Below, one piece after another: positions 43,317 to 54,994 of a DNA stretch of 64,000 nt. Position 1 is the first letter of the stretch, and every line of letters begins with the position of its first letter. The position numbers and the translations under genes were made by a program. The notes under the pieces were generated by a model. It did no database searches. It was not told the DNA's origin and saw only the letters and a program-made list of their open reading frames with translations. The stretch is taken from positions 1,248,001 through 1,312,000 of the forward strand of contig OZ250183.1 of the NCBI GenBank assembly GCA_965238225.1, given 5' to 3'. This DNA is from Gammaproteobacteria bacterium (GTDB taxonomy: Bacteria; Pseudomonadota; Gammaproteobacteria; Eutrophobiales; Eutrophobiaceae).

Positions 43317-44686
43317 GTTTTATTTAATTTCCCATCTACCATTAGTTTCTTTTTACTAAATACTGCAATAGATTCAACATGTGTGGTATGAGGAAATACA
43401 TCTATCACACCTGCCTTATCTAACTGAAAATTTTTGTCATTGACCAATATACCTGCATCTCTTGCTAAGGTCGATGGATTGCAAGAAACATAAACTATTT
43501 TTTCGATTGATTTGAAATTTATATTTTCTATGATTGTCTGCGCACCATTACGCGCTGGATTCAGTAATAATTTATTAAAACCATCTTTTGTAAAATCTTC
43601 ATTCAGATTGTCTTTAGCCAAGTTTATTACTCTAAATTCTACATTACTTATATTGTTAAACACCGCATTTTCTTTTGCGCGCGCCACTAAACTATGATCT
43701 CCCTCAACACCTAACACATGATCAGATTTACGAGCTAAAGGTAAGGTAAAATTTCCTATCCCACAAAATAAATCAAGCACACTATCCTGATTATTTACTT
43801 CCAATAATTTTAAAACGCGAGACACCATGGCACAATTAATCTCAAGATTTACCTGAGTAAAGTCCATTGGTAGAAAATTTAGTGTGATATCGAATTCTGA
43901 TAAGTCATAGGATAACTGCTTTACAGTCGTTTCTGTATTTTTATCTAGTAATGGTGTCACTGAATCTAGACCAGCAGACTGTAAATAGATATCAATATTA
44001 TACTGTTCTCTGAAAACATTGAGTTTTACTATATCTTCATCATTAAAAGCGGCAAGATGTCTAAAAATTAACGCCGTAATTTTATCACCCACAGCAACTT
44101 CAATTTGTGGAATTTGTTTCATTAATGATAATTTTGTAATTAAACATTGTAGCGGCTCAATCAATCTCCCCACAAAAGGATACAAAATTTCACAACTATT
44201 CATATCAGCAACAAAAGGACTATATTTTTCTCTAAACCCAACCAACACTCGTCCCTTCTTCTTTACATATTTAACACCTAATCGCGCCTTACGACGATAA
44301 CCCCATGCAGACCCGGTTAATGGTGGGATAACAAATTTCGGCTTAACTTTGCCTATATGCGTAAATTGCTCCATCAAAACAGACTGTTTATGCTTTACTT
44401 GAAAATCATGCTGCATATGTTGCAAACTACAACCACCACACAAACCAAAGAATTTACATTTTGGCGTAACACGCTCTTTTGCCGGGTTACTTATCTCCAG
44501 CGCATGCGCTTCATCATAGCCTAGGCGCTGTCTTTTATACTGGAAAAGCACGTCCTCTCCCGGCAAAGCACCATGAACGAAGACTGTTTTACCCTCAATA
44601 TGCGCGATACCTCGTCCTTCATGAGAAAGAGATTCTATCTTTGCCCAAACAGGCTCCTTCGGAAGTTTTTTACGTCGTCTTGCCAT
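43313..44686 (-). CDS. rlmD: 23S rRNA m5U1939 methyltransferase
   Basis: TRAM domain, CGGC cluster motif, DLFCGIGNF, YVSCNP, FPHTTHVE. Confidence 0.93.
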   Translation of the reverse strand: MARRRKKLPKEPVWAKIESLSHEGRGIAHIEGKTVFVHGALPGEDVLFQYKRQRLGYDEAHALEISNPAKERVTPKCKFFGLCGGCSLQHMQHDFQVKHKQSVLMEQFTHIGKVKPKFVIPPLTGSAWGYRRKARLGVKYVKKKGRVLVGFREKYSPFVADMNSCEILYPFVGRLIEPLQCLITKLSLMKQIPQIEVAVGDKITALIFRHLAAFNDEDIVKLNVFREQYNIDIYLQSAGLDSVTPLLDKNTETTVKQLSYDLSEFDITLNFLPMDFTQVNLEINCAMVSRVLKLLEVNNQDSVLDLFCGIGNFTLPLARKSDHVLGVEGDHSLVARAKENAVFNNISNVEFRVINLAKDNLNEDFTKDGFNKLLLNPARNGAQTIIENINFKSIEKIVYVSCNPSTLARDAGILVNDKNFQLDKAGVIDVFPHTTHVESIAVFSKKKLMVDGKLNKT

Positions 44687-44776
44687 AATAGATAATAACT
44701 AAAATATCTATCCAATCAGTTAGGTCGGATAATTTTTTAGTTTTGAAATGAAAAATAATTGATGCAGTGAGATAAA

Positions 44777-45547
44777 TTAATTCCAGGCGCTTAGAAATTC
44801 CAATAAATGTGGATGACCTTCTTCCTGCAACATATTTCTGACACGTTCACATTCTGATGTATAAGCAGTCGTTGATTTCTGGCCTCGCATAAGTTCGTAA
44901 CGTAGATACACTAAATAAGTATTAAGTACATCAGTTTCGCAATAATTACGAATACCTTCAATATTTCCTGCGAGATAATTTTCCCATACTTTGCTGCCGT
45001 CCATACCCATCTTACCTGGAAAGCCCAACATAGTAGAAATCTCTGCCAATGGTGCATTGGCACGATGATTATATCCCGCGATGACATCCATCAAATCTGT
45101 ATGCCTGTCATGAAATCGACTAATATAATTATTCCATTTAAAACTTTGGTCATCGCCTCCAGTTTCCCAATAACGTTTGGCATTGACTTTGTGCAATAAT
45201 GCACGATAGTGCAAAACTGGCAAATCAAAATTACTGCCATTCCAAGAGATCAGTCTTGGTGTGTAACGATCAATACCATCAAAAAATCTTTGAATGATAT
45301 GAGCTTCAGGTGAAGTGACATCACCTAATGACCATACGCTTAATTTATCTTTTATTCTTAATACCACTGAAATAGCAATGATTTTTTGCAGGTGATGTTG
45401 AATGAATTCACTGCCACCAGTTTGTTGCCTACGTTTAGCAAACATGGATTCAACAACCTCTGTATCTGACAAACCTTCCATGTCATGAATCTTTCTTGCA
45501 GAATCAGCGTCTGGTATAGTTTCAATATCAAATATCAATATATTCAT
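44777..45547 (-). CDS. Predicted 3'-5' exonuclease (PolB-like)
   Basis: FDIETIPD, SWNG..FDLPVL, YCETDV. Confidence 0.85.
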   Translation of the reverse strand: MNILIFDIETIPDADSARKIHDMEGLSDTEVVESMFAKRRQQTGGSEFIQHHLQKIIAISVVLRIKDKLSVWSLGDVTSPEAHIIQRFFDGIDRYTPRLISWNGSNFDLPVLHYRALLHKVNAKRYWETGGDDQSFKWNNYISRFHDRHTDLMDVIAGYNHRANAPLAEISTMLGFPGKMGMDGSKVWENYLAGNIEGIRNYCETDVLNTYLVYLRYELMRGQKSTTAYTSECERVRNMLQEEGHPHLLEFLSAWN

Positions 45548-45600
45548 TATTTTACAGGTTTATTTTAACTCTATGTTAATATACATTCAGATTTCTACAT

Positions 45601-46518
45601 TTAAAATTTAAAAATATCAGTAGACAGATAACGATCTCCACGGTCACAGACAACAGTAACAATCAGCGCATTTTCAAGCTCCGTCGAAAGTTTTAATACT
45701 GCTGCAATTGCCCCTCCAGAAGAAATTCCGGCAAAGATGCCTTCTTCTCGACCGAGGGCAATAGTAGTTTGCTCCGATTCTTTTTGTCCTATATCAATAA
45801 TTCTATCTACTCTTGTTGCATCATAAATCTGTGGAATATATTCCTTAGGCCAGCATCGAATACCGGGAATTTGTGCCCCTTCTGTGGGCTGTATGCCGAT
45901 AATTTGTATTGCAGAATTTTGCTCTTTCAAATAACGCGAAACTCCCATAATGGTTCCCGTAGTGCCCATAGCACTGACAAAATGTGTGATCTTTCCATGT
46001 GTATCGCGCCAAATTTCAGGACCTGTGCCTTCATAGTGTGATAAAGGGTTATCTTGATTTGAAAATTGATCGAGAATGACACCTTTTTTATCTGCTTCCA
46101 TTTCACGCGCAAGGTCTATTGCTGCTTCCATGCTGCCTGCTTCAGGTGTCAAAATAATCTCCGCACCAAAGGTCTTCATAACCGCACATCGTTCTTCGCT
46201 CATATGCTCGGGCATAATCAAGATCATCTTGTAGCCCTTTATGGCTGCTGCCATAGCCAATGCAATACCAGTATTACCGCTGGTTGCTTCAATCAAAGTA
46301 TCGCCAGGCGCAATGGAACCTCGCGCCTGCGCATGTTTGATCATACTTAGTGCGGGTCTATCTTTGACTGAACCTGCAGGATTGTTACCTTCCAGCTTGG
46401 CCATAATAATATTGCTGGTGGCTCCAGGCAGACGTTGCAGTCTGACCAACGGCGTATTACCAACGCAAGATTCAATCGTTTGAAAAACTTCTTGATTTAA
46501 TTTCTTAGTCACAGACAT
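45601..46518 (-). CDS. cysM: Cysteine synthase B
   Basis: KLEGNNPAGSVKDR, EATSGNTG, MGTTGT, CDRGDRYLS. Confidence 0.95.
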   Translation of the reverse strand: MSVTKKLNQEVFQTIESCVGNTPLVRLQRLPGATSNIIMAKLEGNNPAGSVKDRPALSMIKHAQARGSIAPGDTLIEATSGNTGIALAMAAAIKGYKMILIMPEHMSEERCAVMKTFGAEIILTPEAGSMEAAIDLAREMEADKKGVILDQFSNQDNPLSHYEGTGPEIWRDTHGKITHFVSAMGTTGTIMGVSRYLKEQNSAIQIIGIQPTEGAQIPGIRCWPKEYIPQIYDATRVDRIIDIGQKESEQTTIALGREEGIFAGISSGGAIAAVLKLSTELENALIVTVVCDRGDRYLSTDIFKF

Positions 46519-46536
46519 TGCTCGTTGTAATTAATT

Positions 46537-47058
46537 TTATCTCTCATCTAGTAATTGTCTGGCCAATATCACGGCATCTTCACGACCAAATTTAGCGGGA
46601 TAATAATCTTTACGACTACCAACTTCACCAAAACCTGATCTTTCATAAATTTTTAATGCCCGTCTATTTGAGGGTCGCACCTCAAGAAACATAATGGTTG
46701 CGTGATATGCCTTTGCCAGCCTAATAAAATGATTAAGCATCTCTTGGCCCATGCCATTACTCTGCACATCAGGTTTAATACAAAGATTCAGAATATGCGC
46801 TTCATCCGTCAATATAGACATAATGCCATAGCCAGAAACATCATCATCTTGCTCAAGAATCCAACAACAATATCCGGCTTGTAAGCAATCTTGAAAAATA
46901 TTAATTGACCAAGGAAATTCATAGACACTCTTTTCAATATTCATCACCTTTCCCAAGTCCATTTCAGACATAGGTCGAAAGATGATGTTCGCTTGTTTTA
47001 AGACTGCGCTCATTTTATTTCCTGATAAACTTGCATTGCCAATTGTAAATCCTTCCAT
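46537..47058 (-). CDS. rimI: Ribosomal protein S18 acetyltransferase
   Basis: FPWS, EAHILNLC, FLEVRPSN, RKDYYPA..GREDA; true start likely downstream. Confidence 0.9.
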   Translation of the reverse strand: MEGFTIGNASLSGNKMSAVLKQANIIFRPMSEMDLGKVMNIEKSVYEFPWSINIFQDCLQAGYCCWILEQDDDVSGYGIMSILTDEAHILNLCIKPDVQSNGMGQEMLNHFIRLAKAYHATIMFLEVRPSNRRALKIYERSGFGEVGSRKDYYPAKFGREDAVILARQLLDER

Positions 47059-47702
47059 GCTTTTCTCTTTTCACGAGGAGCGCGTAATAAATAAGCTGGG
47101 TGGTAGGTCACTATCACGGGAATTCCTGTATCAGAATATTGATAATTGTGACCACGCATCTTGCCTATAGGTGTTTCTGTCTGCAGCAAATTTTGTGCGG
47201 CGATACGACCTACTGCCAAAATAATCTTTGGTTGAATGAGATCAATCTGCTCTCGCAGATAAGCAGAACATGCGACAACTTCTGTAGGCTTTGGATCTCG
47301 ATTATTTGGCGGACGACATTTTAAAATGTTTGCAATAAAGACTTCCTCTCTTTGTAAGGAGCAGGCTAATAACATGCTGTTAAGTAATTCTCCAGCACGT
47401 CCAACAAAGGGTTCTCCTTGCCTGTCTTCTTCAGCACCTGGCGCTTCGCCAATGATTAACCAGTCAGCATTATAGTTGCCGATGCCAAACACCGTCTGTT
47501 TCCGACTTTCATGCAATTCACATTGTTGGCATTTTAAAACGCGTTGTCGCAGGTTTTTCCATAGTTTGTTTTCCTCAAGAATCGATTTGGAAGGGGATAT
47601 AAAGGCAGGGTTAATATTCATCCTGTCCTTTGACCAATATACATCTACACCTATAGTCTGCAGATAATATTCCTGTGTTTGCGTCAAAGCCATAAGGCTC
47701 AC
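47010..47702 (-). CDS. Uracil-DNA glycosylase, family 4
   Basis: [33 protein letters not shown]. Confidence 0.93.
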   Translation of the reverse strand: MSLMALTQTQEYYLQTIGVDVYWSKDRMNINPAFISPSKSILEENKLWKNLRQRVLKCQQCELHESRKQTVFGIGNYNADWLIIGEAPGAEEDRQGEPFVGRAGELLNSMLLACSLQREEVFIANILKCRPPNNRDPKPTEVVACSAYLREQIDLIQPKIILAVGRIAAQNLLQTETPIGKMRGHNYQYSDTGIPVIVTYHPAYLLRAPREKRKAWKDLQLAMQVYQEIK

Positions 47703-47703
47703 A

Positions 47704-49251
47704 TCAAATTTGCGGATGAGTACGCTTAGCCTGAGCCTGAGCCTGAGCCTGAGCCTTATTTAGCGCATTAATATAAGCCTTTGCAGAAGCAATAATAATA
47801 TCCGTATCTGCGCCTTGCCCATTGATGACCCGACCGTCTATATTAACTCTGACCGTAACCTCTCCTTGCGAATCTGTTCCAGTAGTAATATTGCTCACTG
47901 AGTAAAGTTCTAGGACACAATCGCTTTCTATCACTGACTCGATAGCCTTGAATGTTGCGTCGACTGGTCCACTGCCTTTCGAGTTAGCATGTTTTTCTTC
48001 GTCATCAACAGCCAGAATCACCTCGGCAACAGGGACTTCACCTGTTTCAGAATTCACCTTTAGGGAAACCAGTTTAATTCGTTCAATGTTGATTCCATGC
48101 AAGGTATCAATGACCAATGCCTGTAAATCTTCATCGAAAATTTCATGCTTTTTGTCTGCAAGATCTTTAAAGCGACTAAACGCTGCATTTAAATCTTCTT
48201 CGCGTTCAAACTCCGCACCCAAATCTGATAGTCGAGATTTAAATGCATTACGCCCTGAATGTTTTCCCAAAACCATTCTACTGGCATTCCAACCCACATC
48301 TTCAGCACGCATAATCTCGTAAGTCTCTCGGCTTTTGAGCACACCATCCTGATGAATTCCCGCTTCATGAACAAAGGCATTGGCGCCGACAATGGCCTTG
48401 TTCGGTTGCACGGGGAAGCCTGTCACACTTGAAATCAAACGTGAGCAAGTCATAATCTGCGTGGTATCCAAAGTCGTATCACAGGGGAATACGTCTTGAC
48501 GCGTACGTACCGTCATAACAACTTCCTCTAAAGATGCGTTGCCAGCACGTTCTCCCAAACCATTAACGGTACACTCGACCTGTCTGGCACCGTTCATAAC
48601 TGCCGCAAGCGAGTTACCGACTGCCAAACCTAAATCATTATGACAATGTACTGAGAAGACTGCTTTATCAGAATTCGGTATCCTTTCAACTAATTGTTTG
48701 ATCAGTTCGCCAAATTGCTGAGGCAAACTATAACCCACTGTATCCGGAATGTTTAGTGTCGTAGCGCCAGCATCAATCACAGCCTCCAATATGCGACACA
48801 AAAAATCCAGTTCTGAGCGGCCAGCATCTTCTGGTGAAAATTCAACATTGTCTGTGTAATTGCGTGCCCGTTTAACTGCATGCACAGCATGTTCTACAAC
48901 CTGATTAGGTGTCATATGCAATTTTTTTTCCATATGAATAGGTGATGTTGCAAGAAAGGTATGAATTCTTGAGGATCGCGCTGGTTTCAAAGCGGCAGCT
49001 GCCTTATCGATATCTTTATCCAGAGCGCGCGCAAGTCCGCAAACCGTGCTGTCTTGGATGACTTTGGCAACTTGATGTACAGCTTCGAAATCACCAAGGC
49101 TTGCTATTGGGAAGCCTGCTTCGATGATATCAACCTTCATGCGTTCTAATGCCTTGGCAATTCGAACTTTCTCTTCCTTGGTCATTGACGCACCAGGGCT
49201 TTGTTCTCCGTCGCGAAGAGTTGTATCAAATATTATTAATTTGTCTTGCAT
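47704..49251 (-). CDS. leuA: 2-isopropylmalate synthase
   Basis: [25 protein letters not shown], regulatory domain G.GPVDA. Confidence 0.97.
   Translation of the reverse strand: MQDKLIIFDTTLRDGEQSPGASMTKEEKVRIAKALERMKVDIIEAGFPIASLGDFEAVHQVAKVIQDSTVCGLARALDKDIDKAAAALKPARSSRIHTFLATSPIHMEKKLHMTPNQVVEHAVHAVKRARNYTDNVEFSPEDAGRSELDFLCRILEAVIDAGATTLNIPDTVGYSLPQQFGELIKQLVERIPNSDKAVFSVHCHNDLGLAVGNSLAAVMNGARQVECTVNGLGERAGNASLEEVVMTVRTRQDVFPCDTTLDTTQIMTCSRLISSVTGFPVQPNKAIVGANAFVHEAGIHQDGVLKSRETYEIMRAEDVGWNASRMVLGKHSGRNAFKSRLSDLGAEFEREEDLNAAFSRFKDLADKKHEIFDEDLQALVIDTLHGINIERIKLVSLKVNSETGEVPVAEVILAVDDEEKHANSKGSGPVDATFKAIESVIESDCVLELYSVSNITTGTDSQGEVTVRVNIDGRVINGQGADTDIIIASAKAYINALNKAQAQAQAQAKRTHPQI
47730..47756. 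repeat. (GCCTGA)4 microsatellite encoding AQAQAQAQA in the LeuA tail
   Basis: gcctgagcctgagcctgagcctgagcc. Confidence 0.9.
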
Positions 49252-49367
49252 ATTCCTGCTCCAAAACCTACGTCCATATTACAGTATGAATGTGAAACCA
49301 TAAACTAAATTTGTCCTGTGTAATATCATTACACGAACATTAATGGATTTTTAAATTTTAAGGTAGT

Positions 49368-49457
49368 TTATCTTGCCCGACAGGGCAGCAGGCGCAGCGC
49401 AAAATAATGATGCAGCTTGATCATAGAGTCAGAGCGGTTTGGAATGAATACCTTCAT
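49368..49457 (-). promoter_or_regulatory. Possible leuA leader peptide
   Basis: 29-aa ORF ending ALRLLPCRAR with CTG codons next to a GC-rich TGCCC..GGGCA hairpin upstream of leuA. Confidence 0.35.
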
Positions 49458-49567
49458 TTACAGTACAAAATATAGCGATACTTTCAGGTATTACAAGTTC
49501 TTTATTCGTACGTTCAATCTACGAGTGTAGTGCTTAATGAGTTAGAATGAGCTAAATTATAATGCCC

Positions 49568-49638
49568 AATCAGAGTAAATGAACTCCAAACACTATCAAA
49601 GCTATCCCAGTTCACTCGGAAATTAATTTACCCTGACA
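49568..49638. mobile_element. ~70-bp element with imperfect terminal inverted repeats at the island edge
   Basis: + TCAGAGTAAATGAACTCC (49570) versus - TCAGGGTAAATTAATTTCC (49636). Confidence 0.35.
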
Positions 49639-51536
49639 ATTGCTTTTCTGTCTAAAAATGAATTAAAGAACTCACAGGCATTATCAGATATTAATGCACA
49701 GGAATAACAAGCGGCTAAGTTCATTTCTCCCACACCTTGTCCGTCAGAATGATAACAAATCGGATCAGAAGCGCAGTCCTTGGCTCTCTCTAAAGCATTC
49801 TTTAATAACTGCTCGAACTTTACAGGGGTAGCCTGCGAAGCCAATCCACCGTAACTGCCTTCCATGCCACCTACTGTATAAATTAAAACACCTTGCATTT
49901 CATTTTCATCTACAAACAATCGTTCTTGTAAAGATACTGTGGGATAACCGCAAGAAAATTCTAACTCTTTCATCAACAAATGAGATAAAGTGTGTACAAA
50001 AATAAATTTGGCTAAATGTTGTTCATTGTTAAATTTTCTTTTAAATAGCGAGCTGTCTTTGCTTTTGTTAAAAACATTTTTTATACGGTTTTTTTCTTTG
50101 GTGAAATATTGATTTATTTTACCTTGATTAAACGTGATGAAAATGCCTTCACCAAAATTCTCAATACCTAATAAATATTCAGTCTGATTGCCTTTAGTTG
50201 AAGTATATTTTGGCTTTATTGCATCAATTTCATTATCTAAAAATAAGTCAATATCTAAGGGTTGCTGTCTGGTATAGCCCGTTTGCACTGTGGTCATTTT
50301 TAATCGCGATATTTTCACCAAATGGCGAATGTCGCATTCTATCAAATCAGTTTCTTGATGCTTAAAAATAAAATCATCTTTTTTGTAGTCTCTATTTTCT
50401 AAGATAAATTGATATTCTTTTTGCCGATAAGCCAATTCTTTTTGAAAACCTTGATTATCTTTAGTATTTATATAATCTTGTATTTCAGATTTTTGATAAC
50501 GATCATCTAAAGCATCAAACATAAAATCAACTGTTTTATTTTTATCAAGCCATCTGTCTATTTTGGCTTGATCAGTATCAGCTATACTGCCAGCGCTGGG
50601 CAAATACAGACTATGCGTTAAGATAGAATAATAAACGCTATTACTAGAACGAATTACTATTTTATATCTATGCTTTTTTTCTGTATCGGAAAAATAACTT
50701 AAACTATATAAACCTGTCAGCGTTGCGCGTCCTTTACACTCCTTGCAATTAATGTTAATGCCTGCTAAATCCTCATAGTCACCCAGCTTATAATATAAAT
50801 CTTGCTTATCACAACATTTTTGCAACTTGCTAAAATCTATGGTTTTATCCTCTTCATGTTTGGCTTGTTGTTTAAAAGTGAGCCACTTATCCCAAGGCAC
50901 ATCAGAAATCTTGCCATCAGAACTAATCATAATGAATCGCACTTGAGTTAAGTTGTGATGATGCCATTTTCCTTTTTTCTTTATCTTGGCTTCTTCGTAA
51001 CAATATCCACATTTTGGTGGAATAAAGTTTTCCTTTGCTTTATTAGAGTTTTCAAAGTCATATTGCTTGATGACTTCGTCCCATTTCTGCCACCAATCTC
51101 CTAGTGGCTTGAAGTGCCGGCATTTACTACAAAACATCCATTTTGGAAAATATGAAGCAGTGGCAACATTTTCCTGGTCTGTGGGTTGGTGGGCGTATTG
51201 AGCCTTAGAAAAACTTTTCGTGGTGTTAGTTGGCACTTTTACTAAGGCTTTTAACTTAGGGAACCCTTTCTCATCTTTTAGGCGTTCTAACAAGCGATAA
51301 TCATTAATATGGCAGTCCGTTTCTTCCAAGTGTTTATCTCCTTCGAAAAATACCCACTTATCAATGGGTTCAATTTTTACCACACCTTTGACATCTTCTA
51401 CTAACGCACCCACACCTGCAAAAGCGCCTACCATTTTCCTGCTTTGGGTTTGTATAAATTTATTCATAATCGTTAGTAAAGGTTTGTTGAATTCTAATAA
51501 AACTACTGCTATCAATATCTCGCATCGATTGTGCAA
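49623..51536 (-). CDS. drmB: DUF1998 (MrfA-like Zn-binding) protein, DISARM DrmB-like
   Basis: FP.WMFC..C, FVHTLSHLLMKEL...CGY...SL.ER, EGSYGGL, CASDPIC, AACYSC. Confidence 0.75.
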   Translation of the reverse strand: MHNRCEILIAVVLLEFNKPLLTIMNKFIQTQSRKMVGAFAGVGALVEDVKGVVKIEPIDKWVFFEGDKHLEETDCHINDYRLLERLKDEKGFPKLKALVKVPTNTTKSFSKAQYAHQPTDQENVATASYFPKWMFCSKCRHFKPLGDWWQKWDEVIKQYDFENSNKAKENFIPPKCGYCYEEAKIKKKGKWHHHNLTQVRFIMISSDGKISDVPWDKWLTFKQQAKHEEDKTIDFSKLQKCCDKQDLYYKLGDYEDLAGININCKECKGRATLTGLYSLSYFSDTEKKHRYKIVIRSSNSVYYSILTHSLYLPSAGSIADTDQAKIDRWLDKNKTVDFMFDALDDRYQKSEIQDYINTKDNQGFQKELAYRQKEYQFILENRDYKKDDFIFKHQETDLIECDIRHLVKISRLKMTTVQTGYTRQQPLDIDLFLDNEIDAIKPKYTSTKGNQTEYLLGIENFGEGIFITFNQGKINQYFTKEKNRIKNVFNKSKDSSLFKRKFNNEQHLAKFIFVHTLSHLLMKELEFSCGYPTVSLQERLFVDENEMQGVLIYTVGGMEGSYGGLASQATPVKFEQLLKNALERAKDCASDPICYHSDGQGVGEMNLAACYSCALISDNACEFFNSFLDRKAIVRVN

Positions 51537-54500
51537 CTACCCATTTTTTATCCTTTAAGGCTAATTTGGTGTCTGGCTTAGACAACAATGCATCCTCTTT
51601 GCCGTCATAGACCTTATAAGGATTATCTTTATTTATTTTTTGTGCCCAATCCTTACTTAACTCATCTAATCTATTAAAACAAAAGTCTAAATTTACACTT
51701 TCCCCAAAACGATTTTTTAGTAATTCTTTGAAATCACTAATACAGTCATTTGTAAAATTCTTCATATCACCATTTTTATTCAGTTTCTTCTTATGTCGAA
51801 CATAGGTAATCATCAAGCTAGCAATCATCTTGTCAATGGTATTCTCAGTAAACGGAGTGATACTAAGTGGTTCAATTTGCTTATACAGCGATTGGTGAAA
51901 CGATAAAAAATGTTCAAAATAAGACTTATCTCTAGCACGGTTAGAATCAAAAAAGGCAACAACCAAACCTTTGTCTTTTCTGCCTACTCTTGATGAAGCT
52001 TGAATGTATTCCGCCGTATTTCTTGGCATACCATTGATAAGCATCATATTGAGTCTATCTATATCAATACCGACCGAAAGCATATTAGTGGCTAATACTA
52101 AATCAACCGCCTCTCTTTTAACATTTTGATAACCTTTGTCATTAGGTTCGTTGAGTGCAAAATTTTGTTCCAACTGGTCTAAATTTTGTTTGATTTTTGC
52201 ACTGTCTATACGAGAGGTTAATTCTTTAGTTCTGCTTTTTAAACCAAAATAATTAAAACCATACTGGCTCAGTTGTAAGCGTTTTTGTGTTTGCTTAATA
52301 AGTGTTTGTATTTCATCACCGACTTTATTAGACATTCTGCCCACATCTCTTAAACTATTGTAATAAGAGACCAAAGTCCAATAAGGGTTAGTTTGTTCTT
52401 CATCGGTTTTATAAATTTTTAACCTAGCAATAAATAACACCGCTAATAAATGAATTTGGGTATCAACACCAGTTTTACCTGTGGGCATAAAACCTAAATA
52501 TTTACGATCGCTATCACCAGATTCTTTGAAGAAAAAACTATCATCATAAGTAAGCCCTGATGGTGGGAAAACATTAACTGAACGATTACCATATAATTGT
52601 TTAACCTGTTCGTTGGTATTGCGAGTGGTTGCCGTAGAGGCAATAATTTTAGGGCTAGAATCTCCTTTGATGCATAAATCCTCTATAACTGCTTCAAATA
52701 AACCAACAATTGAACCCAAGGGACCTGTTAATAAATGCAATTCATCTTGGATAATTAAATCAGGTGGCAAGTCGTTATCATCGCCCAAACTATTAAAAAA
52801 GCTATGTCCTTTTTCTTTCCAACTGAGCATTGCCATTTTATCAACGGTGGCAAATAACAAAGTAGGCGGATGATTATATAAAACCTCATCCACAACTTGC
52901 ACAGGTAAGCCGTTACCTTTAGAAAAACAACACGCATTATTTAGGCATTTGATTTTTAAATCTTTTCTTCTTGACTCAAATGCGTGTGTATGAGTTTTAC
53001 CATTTTCTTTTATTAGTTTTTCATTGCACCAAGGACAGGTGTCAATTTGAAATTTATTGGCACCAATGCCTGTTTTAGTTATTTGCTCTGTTGCTTTTTT
53101 CGCATCACTAATATTATTTGGCGTTGAAGATTGACCAATCCACAAACCAATATTGATTTTTTCGTCTTTTAAATCATCGCTAAACTGCTGGCGTAAATAT
53201 TCTAAAACGGTGATTAACTTAGTGGCTCGCTCAAATTGCTGTGCGGTGAGTAATCTCAAGGTATAACGCATAATGACTGACACGCCTTGATACTTTTCAT
53301 TAGTCATCCGCCGCCAAAGTATTGTAAATGCTGCTACTGCTAAATAGGCTTCAGTTTTACCGCCGCCAGTTGGAAACCAGATTAAATCAACGTCATCTTT
53401 ACGGTATCTTGATTGTGGATTGATGGTGCTTTCTAAACTTAACAAGAAAAATGCCAACTGGAAAGGGTGGTAAGTTATTTCTTTCTTTTGTGTTTCACTA
53501 CAAGGGCATTGGGTCTTTTCCGTGCTTTGTATGTCTTGATAAAAATCGCCCTTTAATGAAAATCGCAATAACAATGAAAATTGCAATAACATTGCCGTAT
53601 TAGCATATTGAAAGACTTTAAATAATTGCTGATTGTTTGCTAATAATTGCACCCCCTCTTTTAATCTCTTTAATGTTTCATCTAATTCATTGGTAATATT
53701 TTTACCTATCTCACTATTAGCACCATCATTTTGTTTTTGTTTTGTAATCCAATCACTATATTTGCTAATAAAGTCAGTAAGTTTATTAACAGCTTGGCTT
53801 TGATTGCCGCCCCAAATAGACAAATAATACAAAGGAATATTTTCTAGATCTAGAATATCTGTTTTAGTGCTTTTTAAATTATAGGTGGGTAAAAAAGTGG
53901 TGTTTATTTTAATGGGATTAGCTAAGGGATGCCATGCAGCACTGCAATTATGTCCTATGGCAAAGTGTTCAATATTTCTATATAAAAAATCCAGCGTTTG
54001 CTGTTCTTCATCAAAATAAACCTTATTTTTATCATAAGGTTTATAAGGTAGCAATTTATTAGAATTAATACTGATTTCTGCTTGAAATAAGCAAGATGTA
54101 TTTAACTCTTTTTTGCTATTAGAAAATTTATTGTTAGGAATACCATCAAACAAATTTACCAATTGAATTTTTATATATTTTTTATTATTCTCTGGGTAGA
54201 TTTTAAGCGTCCAGCCTGCCTTTTGAAAATCAGAAAATGGCATAGGTTCATTCTTGTTTTCTAATTTGATATTTTCAGTAATATTTATTGGTTTTCTTTG
54301 CCATAATCTGGCAATTAATTTGCTAAATTGCTCGTGTAGGGGGCGTAGGATTTCTTTATAATCATTGTCTGTATTCTTTTTCCAATCATCAAAGCATTTA
54401 TAATCTCCTGACCTTTCTTTTTTCATTCCACCAACTAATTCTTCTTTTAATGACAAAAAACCATTTTGTTCGTTAATTTTTTTGTAGTTCAAAATTTCCT

Positions 54501-54994
54501 TAAAAGGAAAGCCATATTTATCATCCATTAAAATATGATAGGCATTGGGTGCCATATCTATCTTAGCTACAGTTTGTTTTGGCTGTTTATAGGTTGCAAA
54601 GGAAAATTCAACAGTAATATTATCTATCACTTCATCAACGCAAAAACTAATACCCATATTGGATGGGTGGAAATGATTAGATAAACTTATCTCTTCTTTG
54701 CTATCATTTTCTATGTCTTTCTTTGGCGTCTTGTTCACCCTCTTGCTCTGCCACATTATCGTTTTGAACTTCAACAGATTCTAAATTATCTTCTGAATCA
54801 TCTGCCATTTCCGTGTCTTTCTCTCCCTGATCGTTCAATATTTTTTTAGGAAATAAGACCCCTGTGTAATATCTCTTTAATGGAAAATCAGCAATTATTT
54901 CTACCTCTTTCTCACCAGCAAATACATCGGAACCAGGACCTAATAATTGCTCTTCAATAGTCTCTTTAAATATCTTTATCTGTTCTTTTGCCAT
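51460..54994 (-). pseudogene. drmA: DISARM DrmA-like SF2 helicase split by one frameshift near 54720
   Basis: N-part EQLLGPG..PLKRYYTGVLFP (54704-54994); main part HPSNMGISF, WFPTGGGKTEAY, MRYTLRLLTAQQF, QDELHLL.GPLG, ATNMLSVGIDIDRL, YIQASSRVGR. Confidence 0.75.
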
